A DNA stretch of 64,000 nt, from NCBI RefSeq assembly GCF_006345805.1, contig NC_043004.1, positions 82,708,001-82,772,000 on the forward strand, given 5' to 3'. The position numbers and the translations under genes are program-made. Position 1 is the stretch's first letter, and each line of letters begins with the position of its first letter. This DNA comes from Octopus sinensis. Lineage: Eukaryota. The notes beneath the pieces are model-generated. The model had not been told where the DNA came from and searched no databases. It saw nothing but the letters and a program-made list of their open reading frames with translations. Of the stretch, positions 26,466 to 40,770 are shown one piece after another.

Positions 26466-27311
26466 TATTCTGTTGAAATTAGTAATAGACAACACAAAAA
26501 ATACAAATGTTGGTTTCCCACAAAACTGGGAAACCTAAAAAAGTTTTTCTTCCAAGCAGTTCAATGAGAGGTAAAAAGCAGTTCAAAAATTAGGTTTAAT
26601 TCCCACCCCCATTCGGGGGAGGGGCACGAAGATAGTCTGGCACGACTATATACAGTCACGTAGATAAAAAAGCCACAATGGCTAACAGTTCAACAGTAAC
26701 AAATTATCCAATTATTCCCCGATAAAACCGGGGAACAAGACAGTTCAACAACGTTCAAAAACAAATTTTCAGTAGTAAAATTCAACAAGTTCCAGATGGT
26801 ACGAAGTAATATTAACAACACAACAAATCTCTTACCGGGAAGAAAACGCGTCCAAACCGTAGTAAGGTAAGCAAAGTCACTCTTCAGTCAGTGAGGTTAG
26901 CAAGCTACTTACCACACAGTCACTCCAGCGCCTATGATAACATTTTTCCGTTTTGATACTCTCTTTTCAATTTCGACACTTTTTTCATTTACTATGGGGC
27001 TTCTTAAGTTTCTCCCTGTAGGTATCGTTCTCTGATATCCTTCACCACTCTCTTGGTCCGTCATAAACATCTCTATCTCTACTTCACCGTCTCTTTCATT
27101 TCCTTCCTTCTTTCGTACAACCCATCCCTTGCTAGTTGAGGGCAACGGTTCGTGCGTTCGCATTTCAATTGGTTTTTCTTTTGGTTTTCCATTTTTTTTT
27201 TTTTTTTTCTTCTAAACGGATTTTGTATAACAATGTTTTTATTCTATGAACACTTTTCTTATGATCCTGAATTTTTAAACTCTTTATTCTCTATCCTACT
27301 ACTACTACTAT

Positions 27312-27374
<63 letters not shown>

Positions 27375-27509
27375 ATGTCCTTTCTTCTTCTTTCCTCATC
27401 TTCATCTTCTTTTTCTTCTTCTTCTCCTTTCTCTTCTTCTTCTTCTTCTTCTTTTCTTCTTCTTCTTCTATTTCTTTGCCTTCTTTCCCTTCCTTCTTCT
27501 TCATGTTCT

Positions 27510-29400
27510 TAATATCTAAGTATCCAGTATCCAGTATTGTGATGCTGTTTATTGGACATATTCTGTTTACCAGGGGTTTTGTAGTGTGTCAAATCACAAG
27601 AACCTCAGACAGACAGTAATTTACGCAATATACGTGCAGGTCCAAGTAATGCCGACTTTTGCAATACACTTACATTCCAATGACAATAACGTATTTCAAT
27701 GATAATACGGACAAACTTTGACTCCCGTAGCCATATTGTGGCGATCTCAATTCTCTGGTCTCCATATTTATCAATCTTCTCTCTTTCTTACATGATAATA
27801 TGTTAACTACCTGGCTCTCGATTATCAGGTATTCTTGTTTGTACCTCTTAAATGTTACTATATCCGGTCTTCGTTGCTTTAATATATTGTCTGTCTGGAA
27901 GTCAAAGTCCCAGAGGATTTTTGCCTTCCTCTTTTCGTCCATTATACTTTCCGGTGTATGATGGTACCTAGAACCCGTTACCTCTTATCCATACTTCCGC
28001 CATAGTACCCAGTGAAGGATTTGGGTTACCATGTCTGTCGTTTGTACCCTTTCTGTGCAAGATTTTCATAAGTGTGAGTCACGCTTTCGACTTTCTTCCC
28101 ACACATTCTGCACTTGTGTGGTATATATTACTTTCCATGGAGATGGTATCCAATGCCTAGTCGTGGGCAGCGATGATTAGGCTTTTAGTCTTCTGTTTTA
28201 GGCCACCCTTGCTAAGCCTCCTACAGGATGCTTCCTAGTCTTTTAGTTAGTTAATTTGACGGTGGAATTGTCCATGTAATTCCACGCAGAGTAGGGTTTC
28301 TTCTCTCGTTGGCTATTCGTGATCGTAATTCATCAGCCTACTTCACCAACACATATTTTATATTCCATTTGTATAAATATGTTGCTATCACTCAAAATGT
28401 GATAAATACTTTCGTCCCTTATCCTGCAGTAGTAACATCTGCTGTCTATCAGAGTATTGTCGATCCTTGCCTTTATCAGATTTATTCAAAGGCGTGTTCC
28501 CGAGCATCGACAATTAGCGTTTTGTTCTCTCGTTTCAATTTTCCCTCAATCAATCAGAGTCAGTTTTCTCTACTTCCAAGATTCTTTTTTTTGTCGCATG
28601 TATTGACCACTGAGTTCCATTTCTTTTCATCTTTTCATTTTCCTCTTCTGCTCTTCCGTTTTTTTTCCTTTTTTTTGTGGATTCTCCGACTGTTTCAGTC
28701 ACGTTTTGGGTATCACTGGCTGCCGCAAGAACATTTTTTTTACTCTTCGCAACAAAATGTCCCAGACTCAGTTTCGCAGTATTAGCAGTTTCATTTGTGT
28801 TTAATAGTCCCCTACTACCTTACTTTCTTGGTAGATAGAACCAGTCGGTATTACATTTAAGGTGAGCTGGCAGAAACGTTAGCACGCCGGGCGAAACGCG
28901 GAGCCGTATTTCGTCTGCCGCTACGTTCTGAGTTCAAATTCCGCCAAGGTCGACTTTGCCTTTCATCTTTTCGGGGTCGATAAATTAAGTACCAGTTACG
29001 CACTGGGGTCGATATAATCGACTTTATCCCTTTGTCTGTCCTTGTTTGTCCCTTCTGTGTTTAGCCCCTTGTGGGTAGTAAAGAAATAGGTATTACATTT
29101 AAGGTGGAGTTCACCGTCTTTTCTCAGCTACTTTCTTGTTCTTCTAATGCCAGTTCTTTAGCTCGATTTCTTCCTACATCCGTTTTGATCCACAGGCAAT
29201 ATGTTCTTTTCCAGAAGATCATTTACTTCTTATGCTTCGAAGCTAGTGGATAATAATTTCCAGAGTTACAGTTAGCAAATAATAAGTCACAAACTGCTGA
29301 TGTCCCTTCTCATTTCTTTGTTCATATGTATCAAAACTGTCCTTACTTTTGTCATCCCTGTTTGTATTTCATCTCGTATATAGTCTGTAAAAAAACGGTT
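27510..29400 (-). mobile_element. R4/Dong-type LINE fragments (RT remnant, CCHC, RLE), interrupted by a SINE
   Basis: KILWDFDFQTDNILKQRRPDIV; NLIKARIDNTLIDSRCYYCRIRDESIYHIL; VDQNGCRKK. Confidence 0.7.
28861..29090 (+). mobile_element. SINE family A with TSD
   Basis: Full head and tail; GGTATTACATTTAAGGTG on both sides. Confidence 0.9.
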
Positions 29401-30039
29401 GTTTTCGTCTTTTGGGTATAATAATCTCCCTTACCGAACAATTACGAGTCAGTCTGATATCGAAAAATAACGAAAATCAATTTCTTTTTGACATTGAAAA
29501 TATTGTATTGAAATTTCCAAACCATTTTAGACAGAAAGACTGTTATAACAGTTACCCTACTGGGCAATAATTGTTTGGGTAACTAGTTATCCTTCTGACA
29601 TTCTGAATACACTTTTCGGCAAAATGTGTTGAAATAATAGATTATCAAGCGAGACTTTTATCGATGAAGTAACCTCTTTACAGTCAAATGTTTTTACCTC
29701 GCTCTCCACTTCTAAAAATACTGATTACTATAATATAATTCATGTGCAAGTTAATCTTCACTGCCGAACGAAACCGAAGCACTACAACCGAAAACAATTC
29801 TTTAATTTGAAAACCGAAAGAAATGTGAAACAATTTTCCTGGGGTAAAATCGAAAATCGTATTGTTAAATGTATTGTATAAATATATGGTATAAGATTAA
29901 ATAATTCATTTTTTCGTTAGATTGAATATCGTTCCGTTTGTAATTAGATAGAGGAAATTCTTAATGTCGCATAAATTCGATACTTTAAAATACTGATGAA
30001 TTGCTATAAATTTGAAATAGATCTTTCGCGAGAAATCTG

Positions 30040-30878
30040 TACATGTGGGTACCAAAATTAACCAGAAACATTCTCTGTGGGATAAATCCGTTGTAGTTCA
30101 TCCACTTGATGCGACTCTCAGGCATCAGTCTGCCGAGCAGCGTCACTCGGTAACCTCGTTCTGCCACGTGGAGCGTCTTTGCTTTGTAGGGCTTCTCCCT
30201 TGCTCGTGGATTTTTGCAATGGCTGAAAAGAAGGAACAGCTTGCTTCCGTGAAATTCTATTTTCCGCTGGTCAAAACGGCGGCCGAAACAGTTGTCGTGT
30301 TTCAAACAACTTACAAATACTTTGCTATAAGCAAAACATAAGTTTTCCAGTGGCTTCCACGTTTTAGTAATGGATATTTGCCACTTGAAGACCAACATCG
30401 TTCAGGACGACCGTCGACCTCCCGAACGAATGAAAACATCAGGAAAATTCCCGAACTGATCTTGGAAGAACATCAGTGGAGAATTGACGAACTTGTTGAT
30501 ATGACTCGTGTGTCCAGGAGCTCCCACGAACGAATTTTGAGCGAGGTATTGCAAATGAAAACAGTTGCTACAAAATGTGTGCCTCGCTTGCTCACGGAAG
30601 ATAAAAAATATTCACGGCTGATATAGTAATTGAAAGTTGATTCGGATCTTTTCTCGAAGGTCACCGCTAGTGATGAAAGCTGGTGCCAGAGAATTTGCAA
30701 ACGTGGAAGGGGTGAAGCGAAAAACGAAAGAGGTATTAAAAGGAATCACTTCGCAAGAGTTTCAGCACAGCTTCGATTAGTGGAAAACACGCTTGGACCG
30801 AAGTGTTGTTTCAAATGGAGAATACGTTGAAGGCGATAAAAGTGTAAACATGTAAAACTAAGTAAATAAGATAAAATT
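30040..30878 (+). mobile_element. Internally deleted mariner
   Basis: LEDQHRSGRPST, VATKCVPRLLTEDKK (WVPREL-like), VTASDESWC. Confidence 0.8.
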
Positions 30879-31080
30879 CTTTTCTACTCTAGGCACAAGT
30901 CCCGAAATTTTGGGGCCAGTCGATTACATCAACCCCAGTACGTGACTGGTACTTAATTTATCGACACCGAAAGGATGAAAGGCAAAGTCGACCTCGGGGG
31001 AATTTGAACTCAAAACATAAAGACAGACCAAATACCACTAGGCACTTAACCCCATGTGCTAACGTTTCTGCCAGCTCGCC
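30879..31080 (-). mobile_element. SINE family A
   Basis: Reverse-complement copy ending CTGCCAGCTCGCC. Confidence 0.85.
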
Positions 31081-31583
31081 GAATATTGCAAAATTCCGGT
31101 TTCTTTTGGATATCCTCTCGTATACATACAACGATGAATGCATGCATGCGTACTCACGTAAACACATATTTATCTACATAGACTCATATATACCAGCATA
31201 TATATCCTTTATATCCTTAAATGCATAAATACACATAGACACAGAAACATATATGCACATACCAGTTTCATACTAAGCAAATAAAACAATATGACTACAA
31301 AATACGCAACGTTTATATAAGTGTCCACGCTCTAATATCTATTAGAAAGAGGATAAGTTTTATTCTTCTTTTATGAGGCAGATATTTACAAAAGTTTTTA
31401 CTCAATCAACACAAGTCAATTTTGAAATAATGCTCCAGAGAATACAAATTAATTGAAATGAATATAACTATCGATATGCCACTTATTGTATTTGGATAAA
31501 ATCGATGGACAGCATTCAAAATAAAACCATATATACATACATACATACATACATGCATACATACATACATACATACATACATG

Positions 31584-31628
<45 letters not shown>

Positions 31629-32089
31629 GCACACCACACACAAACACCAACAAATACACATGGATATTCATACGCTTGTATATGTTTTAAGCAGTGTTGT
31701 TTTAATATATAGATAGGTTCTGAAATTAATACCTCTTAAGAAGCTTAGTGCGTGGTTTTTCTTCGTATTCATATAACATCTATTCGAATTGATTTAAGAT
31801 AAAATATAAATACACAAACATCTATTCCCACTTAATAATACTCTCTCTGGTCTTTAGTATATTGTTAGTTTATTTGTGATAAACAAAGCATTATCAGTTA
31901 AGCCGAAGTTATATTTCTATTCATAATAGCATATTCATCAAAATAGATGTGGATGTTTTTTTATGAGGCGCATATAAAACATTTTCTTCAAGTAACACAC
32001 ATCAATTTTGAAATATCGATATAAGATTGATTTTCTACTTATTGTACATGGAGCAATCAACTGAGCAGCAAGATAAAGCAACGCATAAA

Positions 32090-32137
<48 letters not shown>

Positions 32138-32226
32138 GAAAAGAGACAAATAAATACAACTTATAGTATTATGTAAGAGAGTTTAGTTGTTGACATAGAC
32201 TTGTGAAGAAGTCATAATTCCAAAAT

Positions 32227-33183
32227 ATGCAACTGAATGAGACACGATTCTTAAAAATGCTCGAATTCTACCGGAAAATTGATATTATCAAGAAATCAAT
32301 TGTGACTCTGTCATCACTGAAATCTCTTAAATTTAACACGGTCATAATTTATTTTTTTTATATCGCATATCTTTTATTTGTAGTTGTAAACCCTATTCGC
32401 AATTTTGTTGGTTTGCTACAACGGGAACGTAGTTCAACTGGTGAAATATTTCTATATACGTACGCAATATTTTCCCGTAACTTTCTTCCGCTCTATTTTC
32501 TTACAAACATCTTCAAAGAATCCAAAGTCACACAAATCATTGAAGCATTCTCTGGACTTGAAATCGGAGAAGAGGATACAAAATTTTATAATTGTAAATT
32601 TTTATATTCCTATAAATCACTTTGTATAGTTCTAGTCTGGCAAGGTATGTCCTATCCAATTATAGAATTTGTATTTTTGATTTTCAGTAACGATTTTCGC
32701 ACTTTCTTAACATACCCTGTGCCAATCAGCAATCCATACCACTGGTTAATTTTAATATTACAGATTGTATTTAATTCCATGACAATTATGTTTGTGATAT
32801 TTGAATGGTATATGAACTATGTGATTGAGACTGCACTGATATACGAATTTAACAAAGCAGTAAATGACGCTCAAAGATACGTAGAAGAAAAGCAATCAGA
32901 CACTTTGTATTTCTTTAAAAAATATAAAGAGATTATAGAAATATGTCATACACATGATACTCTGTGTAAAATACTGAGATTAGTAAATGACACATTTAAA
33001 TTCTCTTCGGGATTTCTCGTGCTCAGTAGTATTACTGGATGTTGTGTCATAACTTATGGGATTATAAATGGCTCATTTGAAAATATGTCATCAGTTTTAT
33101 ACATGTATATTGTGTATCTGACATCTGTTATCCTAATATGTTTGATGGTGATTGTTTGGATTGGAGTCCGTTTAAATAAATCG
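32227..33183 (+). CDS. GR-like chemoreceptor exon copy 5, intact
   Basis: 319 codons, MQLNETRFLKM...WIGVRLNKS|GTAAGT. Confidence 0.8.
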
Positions 33184-35394
33184 GTAAGTCTCCTTCTTCT
33201 TCACTTTCACCTTCATTTCCTTCTTCTTTTCCTTCTTCTTCAGCTTCACCTTTATTTTCTTCTTCTTACTGTTGTTGCTATCATTATTGTAATTGTTGGT
33301 GTTGCTATTCTTCTTCTTCTTCTTCTTCTTATTATTATTATTGTTGTTGTTGTTGTTGTTATTATTATTATTTTCATTAGTATTCTTTCAATTCTGTTTC
33401 CATTTCTTGCCGAGTGTCTTCCTGTCCCCTAGGGCAGTGAAACCTACTGTATGCATTAGTAGGTCATTAAAATAAACACATTGTTCAGAAGGTTAAGACT
33501 ACTAGGGCCCAGCATGAAATAAAACGTGAAAAAAAGAGGGAGTTGAAATCGAAAGAAAATTTTCAAGATGGCTTCAACGTGTTGTTCGTTCGTTGACTTT
33601 TGCAGGAGTCGGCGCGGAAAGCCATTTTGAGTGTTGCTAGCAGTCAAAATGTTTCACTTTGCAGCACCGCAGCGGGAGCAATATCCAGGAGTAGTGAAAA
33701 CAATATCAGAAGCAGCAGCATCTAAGAGAACTATCACCACTACTGCTAACACAGCAATAACAGCAGCAGCAGCAGTGAAGATGTATCGCATACAGTAGCA
33801 GATTGTGCAGTAAAACGATCGCCGCTGCTGACATAATCATGATCATCATGAGGAGGTAAATATTTACAGTTATCGCCTGTGAAATAACAATATTGGGACA
33901 GCTGTCACTCTAGCAATAACAACAAGACAACAGCAATGATAGCAGTAGCAGTTTCTACTGCAATCATGTGTATTTTTGTAGCTAAACAAAAGGCGGATGC
34001 TATGCTGATGTTGAAATACATTTGACGTAATCTGCATTGACCGAAACATGAACATTTGGAAGAAGCAGTTAAATATGCTAAAGGATACCCGAAAAGTATG
34101 CTCCAATGGTAACACCACAGCTTCGAAAGCAAACAAATGCAAGCACTGTAATGTTATATTAATGTATGTAGTTGAAACGGTATAGATTGGAGTGAATGTC
34201 AACAGGACAACTAAGATATGTATAAAAGTATCTGTGGATTTTCTCAAAACAACATGATACTATTTGCGTAAATTTTTGTCCCGATACTCAGGCTCAGAAA
34301 CACTCCGTCTGATTATTGATGGAAGAAATTTACACTAATGATTTACCTGGTACCAAGAGTGAACAGACTCGAGATAGACTCCGAGTGGGCTTCAAAATAA
34401 GATGTACTATAAAGAGGTAACTCACTGCGAACTATACAAAAACCATAAACCTAAAACAAACTGTAGTTGAAAGTCTTAAAAGGTTCCAATAGCAATGCTG
34501 GAGAATCTCATTGAGGAGAAACCTGACGAATCGAAGAGAAATCTTAACTCGATAGATTTTTATGACGTAAATATAAAGATCTTGAATTTATTCTCTTCGT
34601 CTCACCATGGACTCTTGTAATATCATACAGGCAAGCGCATCAACATCTTATACTGTCTATATATTCCACTATAGTATATATTAAGCATATTATCCATATT
34701 CAGTTAAGAGAAGAAAATGGAGTTAATGGCTAATAACTATTTAATAATAAATTGATAATCATTTATTCCGACAATTGTTTCAATTTGTACGCATTCGATA
34801 AATTACAAATTTATGCAATAAATCTGCATTTATGAGTCATGAACAAAATATTCAATAGGGAAATGTTTGACATTTTAATATTACTTGTTGACCAATCCAT
34901 TATTTTCAGCAGATTAAATATATAGAACTATTTTTTTTAGTGTATATTTGTGAGAGCAGATTAGTTTGAATATAATAAAGAATGAAAAATGATAATAAAA
35001 ATAAAATAATGAAATGAAAATCAGAATAGAATCAAATAGAATATATATAAATATATAAAGAGAGAGAAAGCGAGAGAAATATATGTACATAGACATACAT
35101 ATATAAAAGTATATGCATAAATATATGTATGCACACACACACATATATATATTCATACACACACATATATACACACATATGTATATAAACAAAATCTAAT
35201 TTATTGATTGAGTATAAATTGAAACAATTATAGGAATGAATGTTTATCAATTTATTCATGAATTAATTAGTCATTAACTCTTCATTTTCTCCTCTTAACT
35301 GAATACACACACATACACACATACATATGCAAATATATGTAAATATCATATCATATCATGTTATATTACAAAATGCTATATCATATTATATGAA

Positions 35395-35660
35395 GGTTCG
35401 AGGCTTAGTGATTAGGGCTTTCAGTTCATGATCGCTATGTCGTGAGAGGTGGTGTCCTTAAGCAAGATACTTTTTTGCACGTTGCTCCAGTCCACAGCTG
35501 GCAAAAAATGAGGTGTATCCGTACCCCAAAGGGCCAGTCTTGTCTCATTCTGCATCACACTAAATCCCCCCGAGAATTACGTCAAGGGTACACGAGTCTG
35601 TGCAGTACTCTGCCACTTACGCATTGATTTCACGAGCTGACTGTTCTGTTGATCGGAAGC
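35395..35660 (+). mobile_element. SINE relic (tRNA head + central domain)
   Basis: GCTTAGTGATTAGGG head and GTGTCCTTAAGCAAGATAC domain-like sequence. Confidence 0.5.
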
Positions 35661-36081
35661 TCCATTAGATTGTTTCACGTTCCGCGCTTTTACTTTGCGT
35701 GCGGACTATAGAATGTTGCAATGGTCTAAACTGCAGACGTTCAAATGTCACCGAAAGCAAATATGGTCTCCTTTTAACTCGTTCTATAAGTTCTAAGGAT
35801 TCCATCGCTTAGCCGACTGCATTTTATCGCCTGCTTTGTTATAAGTACTTACCTTCATTAAGAAACACACCTAGACGGGGGAATAATGAACGGTACCTAT
35901 AATCATTTCCTAATTAAGAGATATAAATTTGATATCTTTATAATTGTTCCTGATGTAAATGATGGTGCCAACTCACAAACTAAACAATTAAACACTGGTT
36001 TTTACACATACACGCACATATTCACAAACACACGTGTTTATGCATATGAATACATACATGTGTGTGTGTATACATTTATAC

Positions 36082-36188
<107 letters not shown>

Positions 36189-36229
36189 TATGTATACATC
36201 TATCTATCTATATATGTATATACAAATAG

Positions 36230-36277
<48 letters not shown>

Positions 36278-36878
36278 CACACATATACATGTTTATGTAT
36301 GCATAAATATATAGTTGTGTGTGTATATGTATAACTGTTTATGCTGTTTACGTTTACTGTGGATGTAAATACGAAAATGTATTGGATTATTATATGCCTG
36401 TTCGTATTGATTATCTTAATAAGCACGGTGGCTTACTTGTTATATTTACATGGCAATAAAACGTTCAACTCAAAGGCACCCGATCCACTCATCAATTGCT
36501 GTTACTATTTCTGTTCCGTCAACGTAGATAATATATAAGACTTGAAAATAAGTTATTGTTCTTATGAAATCATAACGCCTAGAGATCATAGCACATTTTT
36601 CATGAATAGTATTAACAGTGATTAAATCAAAGACCAGATATATTCTGTAAAGCTCTGTAGTTATGGGACTGTAATACTGTCTGTATGAATGCAGTCATTT
36701 GTTACATATTTCATTTTACTATCTGATACTGTTTATATTTTCTTGGTATAGCACAAACAGAAATATTAAAAGAAATGGTAGAAAACGTTTTAAAAAATGA
36801 CTTTATATATTGTGTGGAACCAATCACTGAGATTATCAGAATGGACACATCGATCAAGGCGACAGCATTTGAATAAGC

Positions 36879-37251
36879 ATGGATTCAAATCAAACACAGT
36901 TCTTAAAAATGTTGGAGTTATATCGAAATATAAGTAATATTCGGAAATATATTTTGAATCAATCAATAGGGAAAGAGCTCGAGTTTAAAGCAATTTGCTT
37001 CTCTGCATTTTTCTTATTGTCCTTTATATATTTGACTGTAAACCCGATCCACCATATTATGACTAATACAACTGCAAAATGCTTACACGAGAGAAATATT
37101 TGCGTAGTTTTACGTTTTATTTTAAAGGAGTTATTTATCTCTTTTCTGTTCCGTGGAACAAAGCATTCTAACGAAAAACAACTATTTGATAATTTTGCTG
37201 AACTTGAAACTGAAGAAGAAGATAGAAAATATTACAACACTAATTTAATAT

Positions 37252-37315
<64 letters not shown>

Positions 37316-37370
37316 ACTTGCCCCTTTACACTTTACACCATGACATTTCTGTGATACACGATGCCTATTA
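36879..37370 (+). pseudogene. GR-like chemoreceptor exon copy 6, frameshifted and 3'-truncated
   Basis: MDSNQTQFLKMLELYRNI...FAELETEEEDRKYYNTN matches copies 7/8. Frameshifts, a (TA)n expansion at ~37256-37310, and no TM4-TM6 or donor. Confidence 0.8.
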
Positions 37371-37498
37371 ATGGTTTTTTTCTTTCCTTTTTACGATCTC
37401 TTTTGATCGAAAACCTACCCCACTTTTTTTCTCCCCAAAAAGAAAAGGTCTACTTCGTAATTTGTCCCGTCTGTGTTCAGCCCTGTGTGGATAATAAA

Positions 37499-37543
<45 letters not shown>

Positions 37544-37579
37544 CTTCTAGTTTTGTAGATCAGTGAATTTATTTGAATT

Positions 37580-37860
37580 GAAATGCTGCAAGATTTCAAA
37601 GGTAAATAAGCATCGACAGCTAGCAAGCCAAGCTACTCCAGACTGATGAAGCACAATGACTCTGAAACTAGTCTTTGTGTGCTGGCTTTTTTGGGTGGAG
37701 TGCGTATCTCCCCTGTTTGAAAACGTAAGCACACAGAACGTTTATGTCACATTGTCAACTGGAAACGGTGTTTTCTGGGGCTAAATAGCCGTAGCATTCT
37801 TCCCTATCCTGGGACTGCCATATTAAGTTGGCAATAAGTCATCACTTAACGGTGCTGGTA
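37580..37860 (+). mobile_element. Penelope-like/retrozyme-like relic with minimal hammerhead (paralog 56640-56900, minus)
   Basis: CAGA-CTGATGA-...-GAAACTAGTC-TTTG. Flanks share TAAT.TGGCAGTC and TTC.AACAGGGGAG with the 56.7-kb copy. Confidence 0.55.
37639..37677 (+). ncRNA. Minimal type I hammerhead ribozyme-like motif
   Basis: Canonical CTGATGA and GAAA cores, palindromic stem III ACTAGT, GTC cleavage triplet, stem I CAGA/TTTG; stem II is weak. Confidence 0.5.
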
Positions 37861-38114
37861 CTGTATAAGTCTCTGAGAGAATTCGAACAATGTTCACGGA
37901 ATTCTCCCTGCGATAGATTAACTAAACAAAGAGAGAAATTTTCATTAAGTTTCTATACATATCTACTACGGAATTATCCCTTCGAGAAAATAATAAATAT
38001 AGAAGATTATTATTAGAGAATTTAAACAATAATTTTTTAAATAAATAATCTAAATAGAAAAAAGGGTTGTTGTATTGAAGATGTAATTGCTTATGTTTTA
38101 TTCCAGCTGTAAGT

Positions 38115-38575
<461 letters not shown>

Positions 38576-39229
38576 AAGACCTGAATACTTAATTATATAA
38601 ATTTATATACACCCATATCTTATTCTTCTATCTTGTAGTAACAAGCGTCAATCTTGGACATGAAAGGGTTTCAACTAGCATCAGTTTGAGATGTAATGAA
38701 GTGAATTTCGATGGATGTGGATTGCGTTTACTTGATTCTATCGTCTGTTAGGGTGTTTTTGTTGTTTTAAAATTCTAATTGATATATGGCTGAATAGTTA
38801 ACGCTCAGGCTCATTACATAATCATTTGAATTAAATTTTACAATCCAGCCGTCCTTTCACACGGAATTTCGTCTTTTTCTATAAACAAGAGCCTAAAGTG
38901 ATTTCATATATAATAGAACTGTGATTATGTATATCAGAAAAAATATATATAAGTCGGAACCATTTGTTGGCCATTTATGGTTTTTATAATTATTTATGTT
39001 ATATAATATTGTTATGCTATATAATATTGATAGTATTTAATGTAATATTATAAAATGAATAAGTATTGGATTGTCAATAGTATATCTCTATATTTCATTT
39101 ATCTTTGTAATTGAATTATATAAATATTTATATGGGATCTAGCTGACATACCAGAGAGCTGGATGTTTAACACACCCCTTCGATGGATTTCTTTTCCTCA
39201 GTTTGTTATGTTATATGTTCACATATATA

Positions 39230-39420
39230 TATATACAGGGAGAGTTTACGAAAAAAACAAAAGACGAAGACAGGTGGTGTACAAAACAAACAGATGTATT
39301 AGTATAACGCTCAGGAATAGAAAAAACTCTTTTACATTTCGAGCCTACGCTCTTCTACAGAAAGGGACACAGTAAAAACAAGGAGAGAAAAAATGTGTAG
39401 TGGGTAACGATCTATCATGG
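39230..39420 (-). mobile_element. Penelope-like terminal fragment with degenerate hammerhead (39329-39364)
   Basis: Minus strand: CTTT-CTGTAGA-AGAGC GTAG GCTC-GAAATGTA-AAAG. Confidence 0.45.
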
Positions 39421-39463
<43 letters not shown>

Positions 39464-39529
39464 CTGCTGTATAGTGAAACTGTACACCCTCCGGTAAATG
39501 TGGTATTATCCAGCCATTAAAAAATAGAT

Positions 39530-40070
39530 TAGTAAACGGTCGTTAGAAGATCAAATTAAGGTGGAGACGGTGTTGCTAGTCACGTCTGTGCTGATATAGT
39601 TATTAGACTGTGATTCTCAGTGGACATTATAACTATGGAACACTTTGAGGATAATAACACTGTACGACTGGGGCTCGTCTTCGTGATGCTCCGTCGGTTA
39701 CGACGACGAGGTTCCAGTAGATTCAATCAACATAACATCATGCACGTGAAATTAACGTGCCAGTGGCTGAGATACTCCACAGACACGTCTACACTTAACG
39801 TAGTTCTCAAGGAGATTCAACGTGTCACAGAGTGTGACAAGGCTGGACCTTTGAAATACAGGTGTAGCAGAAACAGTGAGAAAGAGTGAGAGAATTTTGT
39901 GGTGAAAATACATTAGGGGTTGCCACCACCTCCTGCTGTAGCGACGCGAAGTTTTAGGTGTTTTTGCTCAATAAACACTCACAACACCTGGTTTGGGAAT
40001 CGAAACCACGATCCTATGACCGCGAGTCTGCTGCCCTATCCACTGGGCCATTGCACCTCTACTTTTAGGG
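39530..40070 (-). mobile_element. tRNA-derived SINE (another family)
   Basis: Reverse-complement head CAATGGCCCAGTGGATAGGGC...GGTTTCGATTCCC with A/B boxes. Confidence 0.6.
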
Positions 40071-40244
40071 TCGTTCAGTGCCAGATAGAATCATTCTATG
40101 AATGACTTCGTAATATAGCAATATCTGTAAGAGCAGAAAACGTTGTCAAAAGAGAGGTAGAACAGTGGCTAAAAGCACTTTGCAGCATATACTTACATAT
40201 ATACATATTCATACATTCACATATACTTGTATATGTACTTCAGC

Positions 40245-40770
40245 TTGTTTATATGTATAACTGCTTGTGTAAAACCGCTTATGCATAAAATGTAATTACG
40301 AAAATGTATCTGATTATTATATACAAATTGGCATTGATTAACTTAATAACCACTGGGCCGGACTCCTGATATTTACATGGCAATAAAATGTTCAAAACAG
40401 AGACACCCGATCCACGTCATTAACAATTAGTATAATCATTTCTATTCTATTTCTTAACAATGCATAATATATAAGACTTGGAAATAAATTATCGATAGTA
40501 TGAAATGTAACCCATTAACGCTAGCAAATCATCGCTGTATTAATAGGCCTATAGTAATCTCTGAATGAATGTGGTCCGTTGGTACATATTTTATTTTGCA
40601 ATCGAATAGTGTTTATGGTTTTTCTGGTAGATTAATTTATACAACAGTATCAGAACGATTTCAGGAGTAGTGGTAAACGTAAAGAACACTTTATACCTCA
40701 TCTAATCCCTATCGCCGTGTTCATCTATTTCAAAGGAAACGTCTCTCAAGACGAGGGAATTTGAATAAGC
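40245..40770 (+). promoter_or_regulatory. Conserved non-coding upstream module of receptor subfamily II (also ~36320-36878 and ~46510-47167)
   Basis: Shared ACGAAAATGTA, CAATAAAA(T/C)GTTCAA, ATAATATATAAGAC and TAAGC|ATG in all three copies. Confidence 0.5.

Larger units (their letters stand above)
21417..26895 (-). mobile_element. Near full-length L1/Tx1-clade LINE with ~15-bp TSD
   Basis: ORF1 with zinc knuckle; ORF2 with APE, RT (YADD) and C-terminal CX2C..HX4C. TSD 21402-21416 / 26896-26910 (2 mismatches). Confidence 0.92.

Noticed and set aside
29990-30030. CTGATGA...GAAA as a hammerhead
   Set aside because: No credible stem I or II; lies in the AT-rich conserved upstream block.
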